64,000 nucleotides of DNA from Acidobacteriota bacterium (GTDB lineage Bacteria; Acidobacteriota; Thermoanaerobaculia; Multivoradales; JAGPDF01), in assembly GCA_045862895.1 (NCBI GenBank), contig BTUO01000001.1, forward strand, positions 998,890 to 1,062,889, written 5' to 3'. Numbering within the stretch: the stretch's first letter is position 1; every line of letters starts with the position of its first letter. A program made the translations under genes and the position numbers. Positions 49,209 through 60,300 of the stretch are shown here, one piece after another. The notes below the pieces were generated by a model, which made no database searches, was not told the origin of the DNA, and saw nothing but the letters and a program-made list of their open reading frames with translations.

Positions 49209-49273
49209 CACGCGACGATACTCCCCTGGCGAAGACCGTCCGCCGCAGGACTGCCTGAGGCAGGGCAGGCGAG

Positions 49274-50048
49274 CGCCGCGCCAGCCAAAGACCGCTGTCA
49301 CGCCGCTCGCCCCTCGCTCCAGGGTGCCCCCAACCGGTCTGCGCGCGAGCCCCTCGTCTCCTCCGGGGCGTCGTGCTCGCCCAGCCAGTCACCCTGGAGC
49401 GGCCCGTGCCTCTTCGTCCTCGAATCTCCACCGACGTCTAGAGCGCGAAGTGCGGGCTCGTCATCCCTCTCCTTCCGTCGCGGTCCCCGTCCAACGTCCC
49501 GGAAATCGTCCCCGAGGTGCGCCCGGCCGCAAGGCCAAGCCTGCGGCGCGCCGACTGACGTCAAGCGGCGCGGCCTTGCCGTCCGGGCTTCGTTCACCCC
49601 GGGCTCCCACCGGTCCGTGTTGGACGGAAACCACAACCAAAGGAGAAAGCAGATGACCAGCCAGACCGCAATCACCCTCTACGGCAACGTCGGCGGAGAC
49701 CCGGAGACCCGCACCATCCCCGGCAAGCAGGTCACGAAGCAGTTCTACGACCCGATCATCGACGACATGGTCGAGCGCGAGTTCACCACCCCCGAACGCG
49801 AGGTCCGGACCTTCTCGATCGCCGTCAGCAAGAAGGACGCCGAGGGCAACGACGTCACCCGCTGGATCCGCTGCGATGACTGGAACCGCCTCTCCCGCCT
49901 GGTCGGCAAGGGCGACCGTGTGAAGGTCAAGGGTCACTTCCGCGAGCGCACCTACCAGAAGGACGGCGAGACGAAGACCGTGCGCGACTTCGTCGTCGAG
50001 GACCTCAAGATCGAGCGGCACAAGATCCGGCAGCAGGCGGAGTAGGCG
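49274..50048 (+). repeat. direct repeat copy 2 (~780 bp; structured leader + ssb-like gene)
   Basis: See copy 1. The ssb-like proteins differ at two residues (N3S and R to Q near the C-terminus). Confidence 0.85.
49653..50045 (+). CDS. SSB-like OB-fold protein, copy 2
   Basis: RBS AAAGGAGAAAG, then ATG at 49653. About 98% identical in amino acids to copy 1. Confidence 0.65.
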   Translation: MTSQTAITLYGNVGGDPETRTIPGKQVTKQFYDPIIDDMVEREFTTPEREVRTFSIAVSKKDAEGNDVTRWIRCDDWNRLSRLVGKGDRVKVKGHFRERTYQKDGETKTVRDFVVEDLKIERHKIRQQAE

Positions 50049-50056
50049 GCAGGAAG

Positions 50057-50084
50057 CCGGGGCGCCCTCGGATTGGCGCCCCGG
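50057..50084. terminator. hairpin CCGGGGCGCC-ctcggatt-GGCGCCCCGG between convergent ssb-like copy 2 and the giant minus-strand gene
   Basis: Perfect 10-bp stem followed by a T-containing tract. It sits between two convergent stop codons (50045 and 50114). Confidence 0.4.
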
Positions 50085-50113
50085 CTCACATTCTTGAGGG
50101 CTGCGGTTCTTGG

Positions 50114-53100
50114 CTACCTGATTGCGGTCTTGGTGGCTCCACCGTGCTCGGTGGCGCGAGGTCGACAGCGCACTTTGACTGCCCCCTTGGTGAAGGCATC
50201 GTCGGTAGCCTTGCTGGACCACACAAAGGCCTCACCGGGCCGTAGGTGGGCCATCTTCTCCGGCGTCAGACCGCCGAGGGCCGCGTTGGCCTTCTGGATG
50301 TGCTTCAGCCACGCCGGCGAGTTGAACTTGTGGAGAATGATCTGGGTCGAGAGCTCGATGAGCTGCACTGGGACGGAAGGTGGGTCCTGGCTCGCGACCA
50401 TGATGCTCGTGCCCTTATGCCGCATCTCGCGGACGACCTCGACGAGGCCGGCAACGAGGTCGGGGCTCTCAATGTACTTATGCGCTTCGTCGAACACGAC
50501 GAGCTTGTTGAACTTCCGCCCTTCGAAGGTGACCTCGGCGAAAAGCTGGAGCAGCACGACGAAGAGCCCGAGGGCTTGGTCCTTCTCCATGAACTCGTCG
50601 CGAAGGTCGACGATGACTAAGCGGCCCGGCCTGATCACCTCGCCGAGGTGCGTGTTGTCGTCGATGAACTCCTCGGCGAGCTCGAGGCGTCCGTGCGCGA
50701 GCTCCTTGATGTGCTCGGGCATGCGCGAGTCGTCGATGCCCTTCCTGAGCCCCGCGAGCGTCAGGTCGTCGCGCAGCTGCTTCATGATGCGGTTGAGCTG
50801 CCGGATGTACGTCGCCTGGTTGCCGACGGCACCCATCAGGAAGCGCCAGTGGCTAGCCTGGAGCTCCGCGGCGGCGAACTGCAGGGGTCGGATCTCGATC
50901 GCCGGATACTCGGCGCGGCGCTCCTCGAGCTTGTCGGCGGGCACGAGCAGCAGAACATCTTCGAGCGCACGAGGCTCAGCCCCGTACCTCTCTCGAAGCG
51001 TGGCGACCTGAGCCGCGTCGCTGTTCGGGGCCACCATCGAGGTGAACTCCGGCGCGTAGTCCATAGTCGGGCTGTAGTGGAAGATGACAGTCGCGAGCGG
51101 CTGGGGAAGCCGGTTGATGCCGTCGATGGGCAACGACGCCATCTCCGCCACCGTGCCCAGCGTGTAGCTCTTGCCTCCTCCCTGGACCCCGAAGAGGCTG
51201 ATCGTGTGGGTTTGGTTGAGGTCGAGCGCGACGGTTCGGCCGGCGACCTCTCCAAGGATGCCGTACTGCGGCGAAGCCCCGGCGACACCGAGCATGATGT
51301 CGTAGGCGGGGCCATCTCCAGCCGTCCGGGCGGCCTCGCGGTGCGCGCCGAAGCCCTCCTCGTCGGTCGGAGGCGCGGACACGGGCTTGCTCGGCACCAG
51401 GTCGGCGGTTGCCGCCGGAACGAGCGGCTCCGAGGGCGTGCCGGGGCGCGGCGACGCAGGCGTCACCGAATCAGGCAAGAGCTCGCCGTCGCGGCCGGGC
51501 GTAGATGAAGTCGGCGACGGGTTCTCTGCCCGAGCTCTATCGACCTCCCCTTCCTTGGGCGCCAGCGCCTCGTCGCGCCCGCGGGGCGACACAAGCTCGT
51601 CCCAGGACACCGTGCGCTCGCGGCTGCCTCCGAGAAACGCCGCGGCCTCGAGAGTCGGAATGCTCGGAGCGCGGTGACGACGACGGGTAAGCTCCGCTTC
51701 GCCGCGTTCTGCTGGCGGTGTCTCTGACTGGGCATCTTCGACGCCCGCAGCCATCTCCTCTGGCGTTGGTACGGCCGCGTCAACGAGCTCGCGGATCAGG
51801 CTCACACCCACCCGATGAAATTCGACACCGTTTTCGTGCTCGATCTCGGTTCCGTCTTTCTCGAAATCAAAGACGATGGCACTTCGCGTGAAAACGAGGC
51901 GATACCCATCTTCGAGCGAGCGCAATAGGAAGCGCGCCTCTTCGGCAGCGCGCCCGTCCATGACTCCGTAGCGCACGCCGCGGTCGAGGTAGAACTCCAG
52001 CAGCGCGACGAGCTCCCGCGTCTTGATGAGGCGGTCCGCTCGATCGACCGGACCTCGAAGCGGATCGAAGTGCGTGGAAAGGACTTCCTGACTCTGCGCG
52101 ATTTGGATCGTGATCCGATCCTTCAGCGCGGTGTAGGCGGCCAGGTCGCCGACGGCGGTGTAGCACTTCACCTCGACTAGGCGGCAGGTGATAGTGCGCT
52201 CAGCGGCGTTGAGGTCGAAGAGGCCCAAGTCTGTCCGCTTGAAGCTGACGTCGTTCCCAAGCTCGTCGGCGATCTGCTTCAGCGACCGGTAGAGCTCGAG
52301 GTGAGCGTCCAGCGGGACCGCGATCTGGCTCTGGAACGCCCCTTGGTGCTCCAGGTACATGCGCGACAGCGCGAGGCCCAGCGCTTCCGCGCGTTGCGAC
52401 GGCGCCGAGATGAGCTTGAGCGCGAGCCGGCCTGAAAGCGAACGAAGCTGGTCGAGCACGGCAACTGCGTGTTGGCCGTCTGCCTGGAGGCCATAGGCCT
52501 CCAGGACCGGAACCAGCATCGCCTCAAGCTCTGCGACCGAGCGAGACGTGATCGTTAGGCGATGCCCGAGTGATGCGCCGACGTCGGGGGAGTGGTCGAT
52601 GAGGTAATCGGGGCGGTCCCGTCGGCCACCGTGATCGAAAAACTCGATTCCCATGTTGCGGTCAAGGGTGAGCACCCAGTCGCTCACCTCGTGGACCTGG
52701 TACAGCAGCGCGCGGTCCGTGGCGTCGAGGGCGAGGGCGATGACCGGCCGCATGTCGATTCCCGCCTGACCCGTGGCCACTGCGGACGTTGCATTCGAGA
52801 TCATCGCCGGGAGCGTCGACAGCAGATCGGTCAGCTCCTCGCTGCCAGCGAGCGGTAACGCGATGCCGTGGCGCGGCGTGCGCCGCCAGGCGATCGTCGC
52901 GTCGTCCTCCTGGTAGTCGACGTGGTAGTCCTGCAGGAGTCCGTGGACGGGGGCCGCCGACTCACGCATCGATGCGTTGGTCGCGCCAACCTCCCCTGCG
53001 GGGAAGAGGTCGAAGAGGAACGTGAGGTGGGCGGAGAACCGGTCCGGGTTGGCGCGGAAGTCCGACGTGCTGCGAACGCCCAGCGCGAGCTTCGGCCGAA

Positions 53101-55705
53101 GGTGATCGCTACCGGGCGTTGCGAACGCGTCCGCCTCCCGGCCGCTCTGGCTTCCCGACGGTGAGAGCAGCTCGGCGAGCCCTTCGCCGACTCCTGGGGC
53201 GTCGGCATCGGGAACGAACAGCCGAACGTCGTACCGGATGTCATTGAAAACCGGCTGGCGTTGCAGCGCGAGCAACATCTCCGCAAGGACGCCGGCGCGG
53301 CCCGGATTGAACGCGTTGATGATGAGCGTGGTGATGTACGGGTGCTGGACCAGATAGCGTTGCACACGGGCAGCGAGGGTTTCACCGTCGATCGCAGCAC
53401 CGCCAATTCCCGGCTCCGGGAGACCAAATGCGGAACAAACCTCCCCGAGGAGACCACGCGGGTCCGGCTCGTGGGCAGGCGCGTAGAGGGTCCAGTGCGG
53501 TGCCAGGTTGTCGATTGGGGTCATCAGTCGCCCGCTCACAGACTGCCCGCCCGGAGTGGCGAGAACCGGCGGGTGAGCGACTGGAGCGAGCTGCTTTAGA
53601 AGCGCATCTCTCGTGGCCATCACGAACTCGGCCGGGCCCTTGCGGGCCGCCTCGAGCCACTGCGCTCCGGTCTCTGCCCACGCTGCGAACCAAAGAACAC
53701 GGAGCGGATGCGTCGGCGCCACGAGGGCGGCCTCGCGCCGACGGCCGCGATGGTCGATGACCGCGACGGTCACCGTGTCCAAAGTGAGCATGCGCCAGAG
53801 GTCTGCGAGAGCAGCCTTCCCTTCGAGGCTGTCACTCGCTTCGGCGCGCCGGAGGAGCGCCGCGATGAGGCTCTGGTACGCGCCCGCGTACGCCACCGCC
53901 AGCGGCCGGAGCGCCAGGAGATCGGCGGCCTGCGTGACGAGCTCGCTCGCGCCAGAACGGACCGCCTCGAACCATGCCGTTCGGGCTTCGAGGAAGTCGC
54001 GGCACTCATCCGCGGACGGCCATCGTGCTTCCTCGACCGTCGGCTTGTCGGGCTGCCCCATCCGAACGGCGATGCGCCAGGCGACAGGCCCGGTCGGGGC
54101 CGCCAGGATCGCCTGTTCGAGCCTCTTCAGAGCTCGAGAGACGGACACCTGGACTGTCCCATCCCGACCGAACTGCACCTCCAGCATCTCAGAGCCGGAC
54201 GCCTGGCCGTGCCGTCGCTCTGCCCAGGCAGCACTCTGAGGCGCGATGGAAGATGGATCCCGGCCGTCCACGACGGCGCTGAACTCCAGGCGGAGTCGCG
54301 CGTGCTCCAAACTGTCGTCGTTCGGCACGGCTCGCTGCGGTGGCGGGGGTGGCTCGTCAACCTCCGTAACGACGTAGAAGAGGTCGCTCTCGTTGGGCCG
54401 CGGAACGGAGGCGTCTTCGTCGTCGACAGCCCACGGCAGCGCGTGACCACTCTCGTCGATCAGGGGGATGAGCTCGCCATCCTCGGTCTGTGCGAGCACC
54501 CGAACGAAGTGCCAGCCTTCTTCCCAATCGACCTTATGAAGACTATTCAGGTCGATCGTCGCGGTGAGCCGGGAGGAGGTCCACGCCTTCCTGCTGCGAA
54601 CGAGCCCGACAGGGCCGGTCTCTTTAGAGATCACTTGCGCGACGAATTTTGTGAGGCCCTCGACCCGTGACGGGTGCGGATCAACGCGGAATCCCACGTT
54701 GAACTTGCGGAGCCCGCCCTTGCCCACGACGAGGATCTTCTCGTCGGCCTTGAGCTCCTGAAGCTTCGAGTCGGAGGGGCTGTCGCCGACCGTTGGCAGC
54801 TCCACCACGACATCGCCAATGAAGACGTGACCCTGCTCGTTGGCATTCTCCTCGAACTCCCAACGATGGAAAGCGAACCTCCAGCAAGCTCGGTCCAGAA
54901 CGATTCGGCGCGTCCACTCGCGCGGGTCCTCGACGCCCGCGTCGCTTAGGAACTCGCCAAGCTGGCCCTGCAATGACCCCTTCTTCAGCCCCAGCTCCAG
55001 CACGCGACCGCGCTCGGAGCGTCCGGACCAGGTCAGCGTGCGTACCGCGTCGCGGTTCAGTGCGATGCGGGCAGGCGCCTTGGTCGGATCGGCCAAGAGC
55101 TCGAAGTCCGGTACCAAGGCGAGCTCGAACAGCCCGGCACCTACAGCCTCCGGATCCCCGCCATTCATCTTCGCTGTCAGAAGAAAGCGCACTACTGACA
55201 AGGGCTCGGCGAAGGGCCAGGGCGTGTCGCCTTCGAGCCTGCGAAGGCCCTCGGCGACGGCACCTCGAATCGCCGCTGGTAGGTCCCCAATCAGGCGGTT
55301 GCGGAGGCGCGTGTAGACGTCACCCAACGAAACGTCCTCGAAGGTCGCGATACCGAAACTGTCCTCGGCGGCAGCCCGAACGTCGTTCGGGATGAACACG
55401 AGGAGTGGTGGTCGCTGCGCGCCATCCGGCAGCGGGTTGCGAAGCTCGACGAGCTTCGTTGAGGTAACCGTCAGCGTTGGAGGCGTCGAGCTGTGCCCGT
55501 TGCCGAGGATGACGACCTGAGCCTCGGGGACCTCGGCACGCAAGCGGCCGCATAGCCGCACCATGAGATCGCGGTCCAGATCGGTGAGGCGCATGCAGTG
55601 CCCTCGGCCGCGCAAGCGCAGGAGCTCGGCGAGGCGTGGGAAGAGCTCGACCTCGAGCTCGGCGGCCAGATCGTGAGGCTGGATCGTGCGGAGGCCCTGG
55701 CTCAT
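50114..55705 (-). CDS. giant (1863 aa) protein with C-terminal HerA/FtsK-like DUF87 ATPase (DptH/DndH-like architecture)
   Basis: The C-terminus has Walker A ISLFGVQGGGKSYTLGTVAEM and Walker B/DEAH-like LVVFDEAHKYIESPD...SIMVASQDPPSVP. The start overlaps the upstream gene's stop. Confidence 0.7.
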   Translation of the reverse strand: MSQGLRTIQPHDLAAELEVELFPRLAELLRLRGRGHCMRLTDLDRDLMVRLCGRLRAEVPEAQVVILGNGHSSTPPTLTVTSTKLVELRNPLPDGAQRPPLLVFIPNDVRAAAEDSFGIATFEDVSLGDVYTRLRNRLIGDLPAAIRGAVAEGLRRLEGDTPWPFAEPLSVVRFLLTAKMNGGDPEAVGAGLFELALVPDFELLADPTKAPARIALNRDAVRTLTWSGRSERGRVLELGLKKGSLQGQLGEFLSDAGVEDPREWTRRIVLDRACWRFAFHRWEFEENANEQGHVFIGDVVVELPTVGDSPSDSKLQELKADEKILVVGKGGLRKFNVGFRVDPHPSRVEGLTKFVAQVISKETGPVGLVRSRKAWTSSRLTATIDLNSLHKVDWEEGWHFVRVLAQTEDGELIPLIDESGHALPWAVDDEDASVPRPNESDLFYVVTEVDEPPPPPQRAVPNDDSLEHARLRLEFSAVVDGRDPSSIAPQSAAWAERRHGQASGSEMLEVQFGRDGTVQVSVSRALKRLEQAILAAPTGPVAWRIAVRMGQPDKPTVEEARWPSADECRDFLEARTAWFEAVRSGASELVTQAADLLALRPLAVAYAGAYQSLIAALLRRAEASDSLEGKAALADLWRMLTLDTVTVAVIDHRGRRREAALVAPTHPLRVLWFAAWAETGAQWLEAARKGPAEFVMATRDALLKQLAPVAHPPVLATPGGQSVSGRLMTPIDNLAPHWTLYAPAHEPDPRGLLGEVCSAFGLPEPGIGGAAIDGETLAARVQRYLVQHPYITTLIINAFNPGRAGVLAEMLLALQRQPVFNDIRYDVRLFVPDADAPGVGEGLAELLSPSGSQSGREADAFATPGSDHLRPKLALGVRSTSDFRANPDRFSAHLTFLFDLFPAGEVGATNASMRESAAPVHGLLQDYHVDYQEDDATIAWRRTPRHGIALPLAGSEELTDLLSTLPAMISNATSAVATGQAGIDMRPVIALALDATDRALLYQVHEVSDWVLTLDRNMGIEFFDHGGRRDRPDYLIDHSPDVGASLGHRLTITSRSVAELEAMLVPVLEAYGLQADGQHAVAVLDQLRSLSGRLALKLISAPSQRAEALGLALSRMYLEHQGAFQSQIAVPLDAHLELYRSLKQIADELGNDVSFKRTDLGLFDLNAAERTITCRLVEVKCYTAVGDLAAYTALKDRITIQIAQSQEVLSTHFDPLRGPVDRADRLIKTRELVALLEFYLDRGVRYGVMDGRAAEEARFLLRSLEDGYRLVFTRSAIVFDFEKDGTEIEHENGVEFHRVGVSLIRELVDAAVPTPEEMAAGVEDAQSETPPAERGEAELTRRRHRAPSIPTLEAAAFLGGSRERTVSWDELVSPRGRDEALAPKEGEVDRARAENPSPTSSTPGRDGELLPDSVTPASPRPGTPSEPLVPAATADLVPSKPVSAPPTDEEGFGAHREAARTAGDGPAYDIMLGVAGASPQYGILGEVAGRTVALDLNQTHTISLFGVQGGGKSYTLGTVAEMASLPIDGINRLPQPLATVIFHYSPTMDYAPEFTSMVAPNSDAAQVATLRERYGAEPRALEDVLLLVPADKLEERRAEYPAIEIRPLQFAAAELQASHWRFLMGAVGNQATYIRQLNRIMKQLRDDLTLAGLRKGIDDSRMPEHIKELAHGRLELAEEFIDDNTHLGEVIRPGRLVIVDLRDEFMEKDQALGLFVVLLQLFAEVTFEGRKFNKLVVFDEAHKYIESPDLVAGLVEVVREMRHKGTSIMVASQDPPSVPVQLIELSTQIILHKFNSPAWLKHIQKANAALGGLTPEKMAHLRPGEAFVWSSKATDDAFTKGAVKVRCRPRATEHGGATKTAIR

Positions 55706-57387
55706 GGCATCCCCCCGTTGGTGCCATTCGGGGGCTCGATGCGATAGCGCGGCGTTACCGTCTGGGAGACGTAGGCGTCGGAGAGGTCGCGATAGAACCC
55801 GACCTCACGCAGGCGGGCTGTGAAGGCGGCCGCGTTCCCGCGCAGCGCGGCTCGGTCCTCGATGCTGGGGGCGCCAAAGCCATCTCCCCGAGGCAAGCGG
55901 TCGATGTGCAGTCCGTAGCGTTCGCGCAGCCAGGTCAGCAGTGCCTCGATCCGCATCTCGCCGGTGTAGAAGGGCCCGCTCGGCGTGTCCTGATGCAGCA
56001 CCGCGATCTGCAGCAAGACCTCGAGAAGGCGGCTGTCGAGCACGAAGCGCCGTGCAGCTCCTTTCGTCCGCCCCTGCGCGATGAGCGCTCCAGGGCGGTT
56101 CTTCATGAGCAATGAGTCGATGCACTCGGTGATGTACTGGCGATGGAACCTGCCACGTAGCGCCACGAGCATTTCGACGTAGGTGTCGAATTCCGAGAGC
56201 TTGAGGTCGAGGACCGCTTTGAGCTCCGGGTCGAGGTCGGACTCGGTGTTGCCCGCGGAGTCCTGGACGAGCGCGTAAACTCGTGCGCCGAAAAACTTCG
56301 CACGCTCGTCTTTGTGCAGCGGTTCGAGCAGCTGAAGCACCTCAGGGACGCCGAGCTCCTCGCCCTTGGGCCGATGAAGTTTGCCCGTCCTGACCATCGA
56401 CTCGCCGAACTCGTCAAGCTTCTTGAATGAGAAGTAGGCCTTCACGAACGAAGGGATGCGCCGGTAGTGCAAGTCGGCGCTCCGCACGGCCAATTGCGCC
56501 GCGGCTCTTTCGGGCTGGCCCGCGACATCGACGAACAGCCCCACGCGATACGGGCAGTCGCCGTGCGGATTGTCAGCGCTCCGCGGGTCTACTGGGCAGG
56601 CACTCGGCGCGCAGATCGGGTCCGCCCCCTTCCGCTTTACCAAGGCCGGGAGGAGCTTGAACAGGCGCAGATGGTAGAGCGCCAGGTGGAAGGCGAGCAG
56701 AACCTTTAGGTAGTCGACCATCACCGAACGTGGGATATGCCGCTCGTAGAAGAGCAAGCGCTTGATGTCCTCGGCGAGGAGGTCGGCCGCCCCGATGCAC
56801 AGCGGCGTGAAGCTGTCGCGGCCGCTGCGGGTGTCCGGTGCGTCTTCTACCTGCTCCGTGAGACGCAAGAGCGCCTGCGTCTCGACGTCGAGGACAGCCG
56901 CACCATCCGTCCTTCCCGTGACCTTGTCGTGTCCCTGGAAGAAGAACCGGTTCAGCTGCTCGATCGCAGCCTGCCCAGCGCCTTTTCGCGAGTGGTAGAG
57001 CGTCTCGTAGAGATGCTGCGCCGCCCCGTAGTCGCGCGAGTGCTTCGGGTTGCGGAAGCGGTATGTGAACCCGTGGAGCGGGCGAGGCGCGGCCACCGCC
57101 TGGTTCGATTTCCCCCGGTTCACGACGTCCATGAGGTGGGTTTCGACCCACCGCTCGAGGACTTCCCGGTACTGCGTGAAGCCCGTAAACCACTCCGGGT
57201 GCTCGAGGAACTCGTCCACGAAAGCTTCCACCGAGAGCTCGAAGCGGCGCTTGAGACGGCTCGGAAAGCCGTTGTGTGCGAGGCGGGCGAACAGCGCCGT
57301 CAGCACGCGGTCCATCTCGAGCTGTTTGAAGTCGAGGTAGGACACCTTTTTGGAGTTGAACGCGCGGTCCTTGCTCGACAAGCCCAT
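55702..57387 (-). CDS. hypothetical protein (561 aa), middle gene of putative defence operon
   Basis: Protein-like composition, translationally coupled on both sides, no recognised motif. Confidence 0.5.
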   Translation of the reverse strand: MGLSSKDRAFNSKKVSYLDFKQLEMDRVLTALFARLAHNGFPSRLKRRFELSVEAFVDEFLEHPEWFTGFTQYREVLERWVETHLMDVVNRGKSNQAVAAPRPLHGFTYRFRNPKHSRDYGAAQHLYETLYHSRKGAGQAAIEQLNRFFFQGHDKVTGRTDGAAVLDVETQALLRLTEQVEDAPDTRSGRDSFTPLCIGAADLLAEDIKRLLFYERHIPRSVMVDYLKVLLAFHLALYHLRLFKLLPALVKRKGADPICAPSACPVDPRSADNPHGDCPYRVGLFVDVAGQPERAAAQLAVRSADLHYRRIPSFVKAYFSFKKLDEFGESMVRTGKLHRPKGEELGVPEVLQLLEPLHKDERAKFFGARVYALVQDSAGNTESDLDPELKAVLDLKLSEFDTYVEMLVALRGRFHRQYITECIDSLLMKNRPGALIAQGRTKGAARRFVLDSRLLEVLLQIAVLHQDTPSGPFYTGEMRIEALLTWLRERYGLHIDRLPRGDGFGAPSIEDRAALRGNAAAFTARLREVGFYRDLSDAYVSQTVTPRYRIEPPNGTNGGMP

Positions 57388-60300
57388 CAGCGCATCTCCT
57401 CGGCCACCCCGGGAGGTGCATCCATCGCTCCGCGCGTCAGCGCCGCGGGCGCCTGGAGTGGTAAGTGGGCCATCTCGAGGCGCCCATCTTCATGGCGCTC
57501 TACACGGTAGAAGTCGTGGCCGGTAGTCGTCAGCAGCACCTCCTGGTAGGGCGCCGATCCGAGGACGTTCTTGAAGACTGCCAGACTCAGGTAGTAGCCC
57601 TGTTCCTCCTCGAGGCTCGGCCGGTAGCCGTGGTTGAGACGCTCCAGCATCTCGAACACGTCGAGATTGATGACGAGCTCCGCCTGGTTGTCCTGATCGT
57701 CGTAGCGGAGCACGAGCGCGCCCGGCATGTGCTCGACGAACCGTGCCCGGCTCGCGGCGTCGCGAACGCCGAGCTGGAAGCGGCTGACGTCGTAGAGCCG
57801 ATACGACCGGATCGTGCCGTGCTCGACCTGGCGGACCTGGAGCGCGAGGCTGCCCGAGAGGCGCGTAGGGTCGAACAGCCCCTCGCCCCGGTTGATGGCC
57901 TGCAGCACCTCGGGGAGCGCGAGCTCGGGCATGGCTTCCCGGCTCACCATCTTCAGCATTCGATCGCCTGAGCGGTACGAGAGCATCGCGCGCCAGCCGC
58001 CGTCGCGTCGCTCGAAGAACGCCCGCCTGCGCGCCATGGCGACGTAGCGCCGATGAGTTTCCGTCCGGTGGGGCGTGGGTTTGCCGGAACAGTCTCGCGG
58101 AAGATTCTCGTAGAGCGCTCGCAACACCTCGTGGTCATAGCGGCCGCGGTCGGCAAAGCCGAAGCGGCTCCTGTCTTGGGACGGGCTCACGAAATCGAGG
58201 CCGCGGTCGAGGCGTGGGTCACCCGCTGCACTAACATCCACATCCCGAAGCAAAGTGAGTAGCCGGTCGACTGTCGCCGACTCCGCGCCCATCCACGCGT
58301 TGAAGTAGAAGGCAGCCGCGATCTCATCACGCCGGCCGTCCGCGTAGAGCTTGTGAATCTCGGCGCAGTCGCGGGCGGATGTGAGCATGAATGCGAGCGC
58401 AGAGCGAAGATCCCGCAGCGTGATGTGCAGCCTCCCGCGAAGGTGCGTGAGGGTGTAGAGCGTCTTTAGCCGCTCCAGCACCTGCGGCCCGGCCGTGCGA
58501 TCTTGAAACGTTTGCACGTTGTGGAGGGCATAGCAGCGCTCCTTGAGATCGCAGCTGTGGCAAGCGCCCCAGAACTTCGGATGGGTCAGGAGCAGCGTCT
58601 GACGCACGAGGATCGAGTCGACCTCCCCGCGTGGGCCGTCCCCGTTGGCCACCACGCTGCGGAGGTTCAGGTTGACCACCGCGACGCCATTGGCGCCGGC
58701 GCCGGTCAGGAGGCCCTCCTCGGCAATGCGCAGCAATGCCGGGAAGGCGGCCCGCTCCGTCTGCAGGAAGTCGACCAGCCGGCCCTCGTTGATTGCGACC
58801 AGGCGCGTCTCCTTGTCGGGCCAGGCCAACGGGTCGTCCCCCTTGAAGGGAGCGAAAAACTCGCGAAGCACCTCATCGTTGCCCCGGGTGTCTTCGTCCT
58901 GAGAGCCGTCGTAGTTCGTCAGGAAGGTCCGCTGAACGGTCCTGAAGCGTCGGCCATTCAGCAGCGCCTCGCTCGACACGAGCTGTGCCTGCTCGCCGGC
59001 CTGCACCTCAAGCTGCTGCAAGAAGGCGGTCTTGCCGTCCCCGGCGTTGCCGGTGATCAGAACGAGCTTAAACCTGCCGGCGATGACATCGGGCATCAGC
59101 CGGTCGTCAAGCAGGGTGGGCACATAGGTGCGGCGTCCGAGGTCATCGAGGCCGCGGGTGCCTGCGTTGGTCTGAGGGCTCTGGCTATACAGCGTGAGCA
59201 GGTAGTTTACGAACGGATTGGTGTTCGGCGGGATGTTGCCGCCGATCTCCGGGACGAGCAGCGAGTCTGAGCTATCGGCCGTCGGCTCTCGTCGTGCGCG
59301 CGTGACATCTTCCAGTGCCTCGAGCAGCGCCGAGGCTGAGGCAAAGCGGTCGGCGCGCTTGGGCGCGATGGCCTTCAGCACCACGCCCGTCAGCTCGGGG
59401 GCCAGGTTCGAGAGACCGGGAAGTTCGCGTGGGTCGTGCGCGTTCGTGGCCGGCGGAGGCGACATCGACTTCCAGGGATAGACACCGGTCAGCGCCTCGT
59501 AGACCGTGAGGCCCAGTGCATAAAGATCGCGGTCCACCAGCTCACTCGGCGACGGAGTCGCGGAGAGATCGAGGTCGGGCGGGAGGTACCGGCGGGAGCC
59601 GCCACCGTGCCCGTTGTCCTCGGTCCGCACGGCGACGTTGAAGTCGATGATCTTGGCTCCCCGCACCGTCCAGAGCAGGTTCGAGGGCTTGATGTCGCAG
59701 TGGTAGACGCCCTCACGGTGGAGGTGGACGAGCCCCTGTGTTACCTGCCGAAAGAGCACGAGGGCGTCTTCGGGCGCGAACCGCGCATCTCGGATGAGGT
59801 CGCCGACGTCCTCGCCGTCCACGTACTCGAACAGCAGGTACGGCGGACCGTCGCCCGGAAGCACGTTCGCGTCGATGACGCGCACGACGTGCGGATGCTC
59901 GGGCAGGTGGACGAGGGTCTTGTACTCCTTCTTGAGCCGCTCGAGGGTCGAGTGACGATCGCGAAGGATGATCTTGAGCGCCCGCGTCACGTCGCCCAGC
60001 GTGTCGACGACCTTGTAGACCACGCCGAAGGTGCCGCGTCCCAGCTTGGCCTGGACTTCGAGCTTGCCGGCGAGAAGCGTGCCCCTCGCGACGTCGGTCC
60101 AGTCGATGGCCGGCGGCTGCGTGGAAGGCGGCTGTGGGGGTGGAAGTTCGGCCGGTGGCGGCGCGACGTCGGGCTCGCTGGGGACTGAGGCGGCCAACGC
60201 TTGGTCGAGGGCCTGAAGCGCCGCGACCGAGGTGAGCCGCTGGCCCGGGTCGAAGGTACAGAGCCGCTGCAGCCAGGCGTCGAGAGGCGGCGCGATCTCG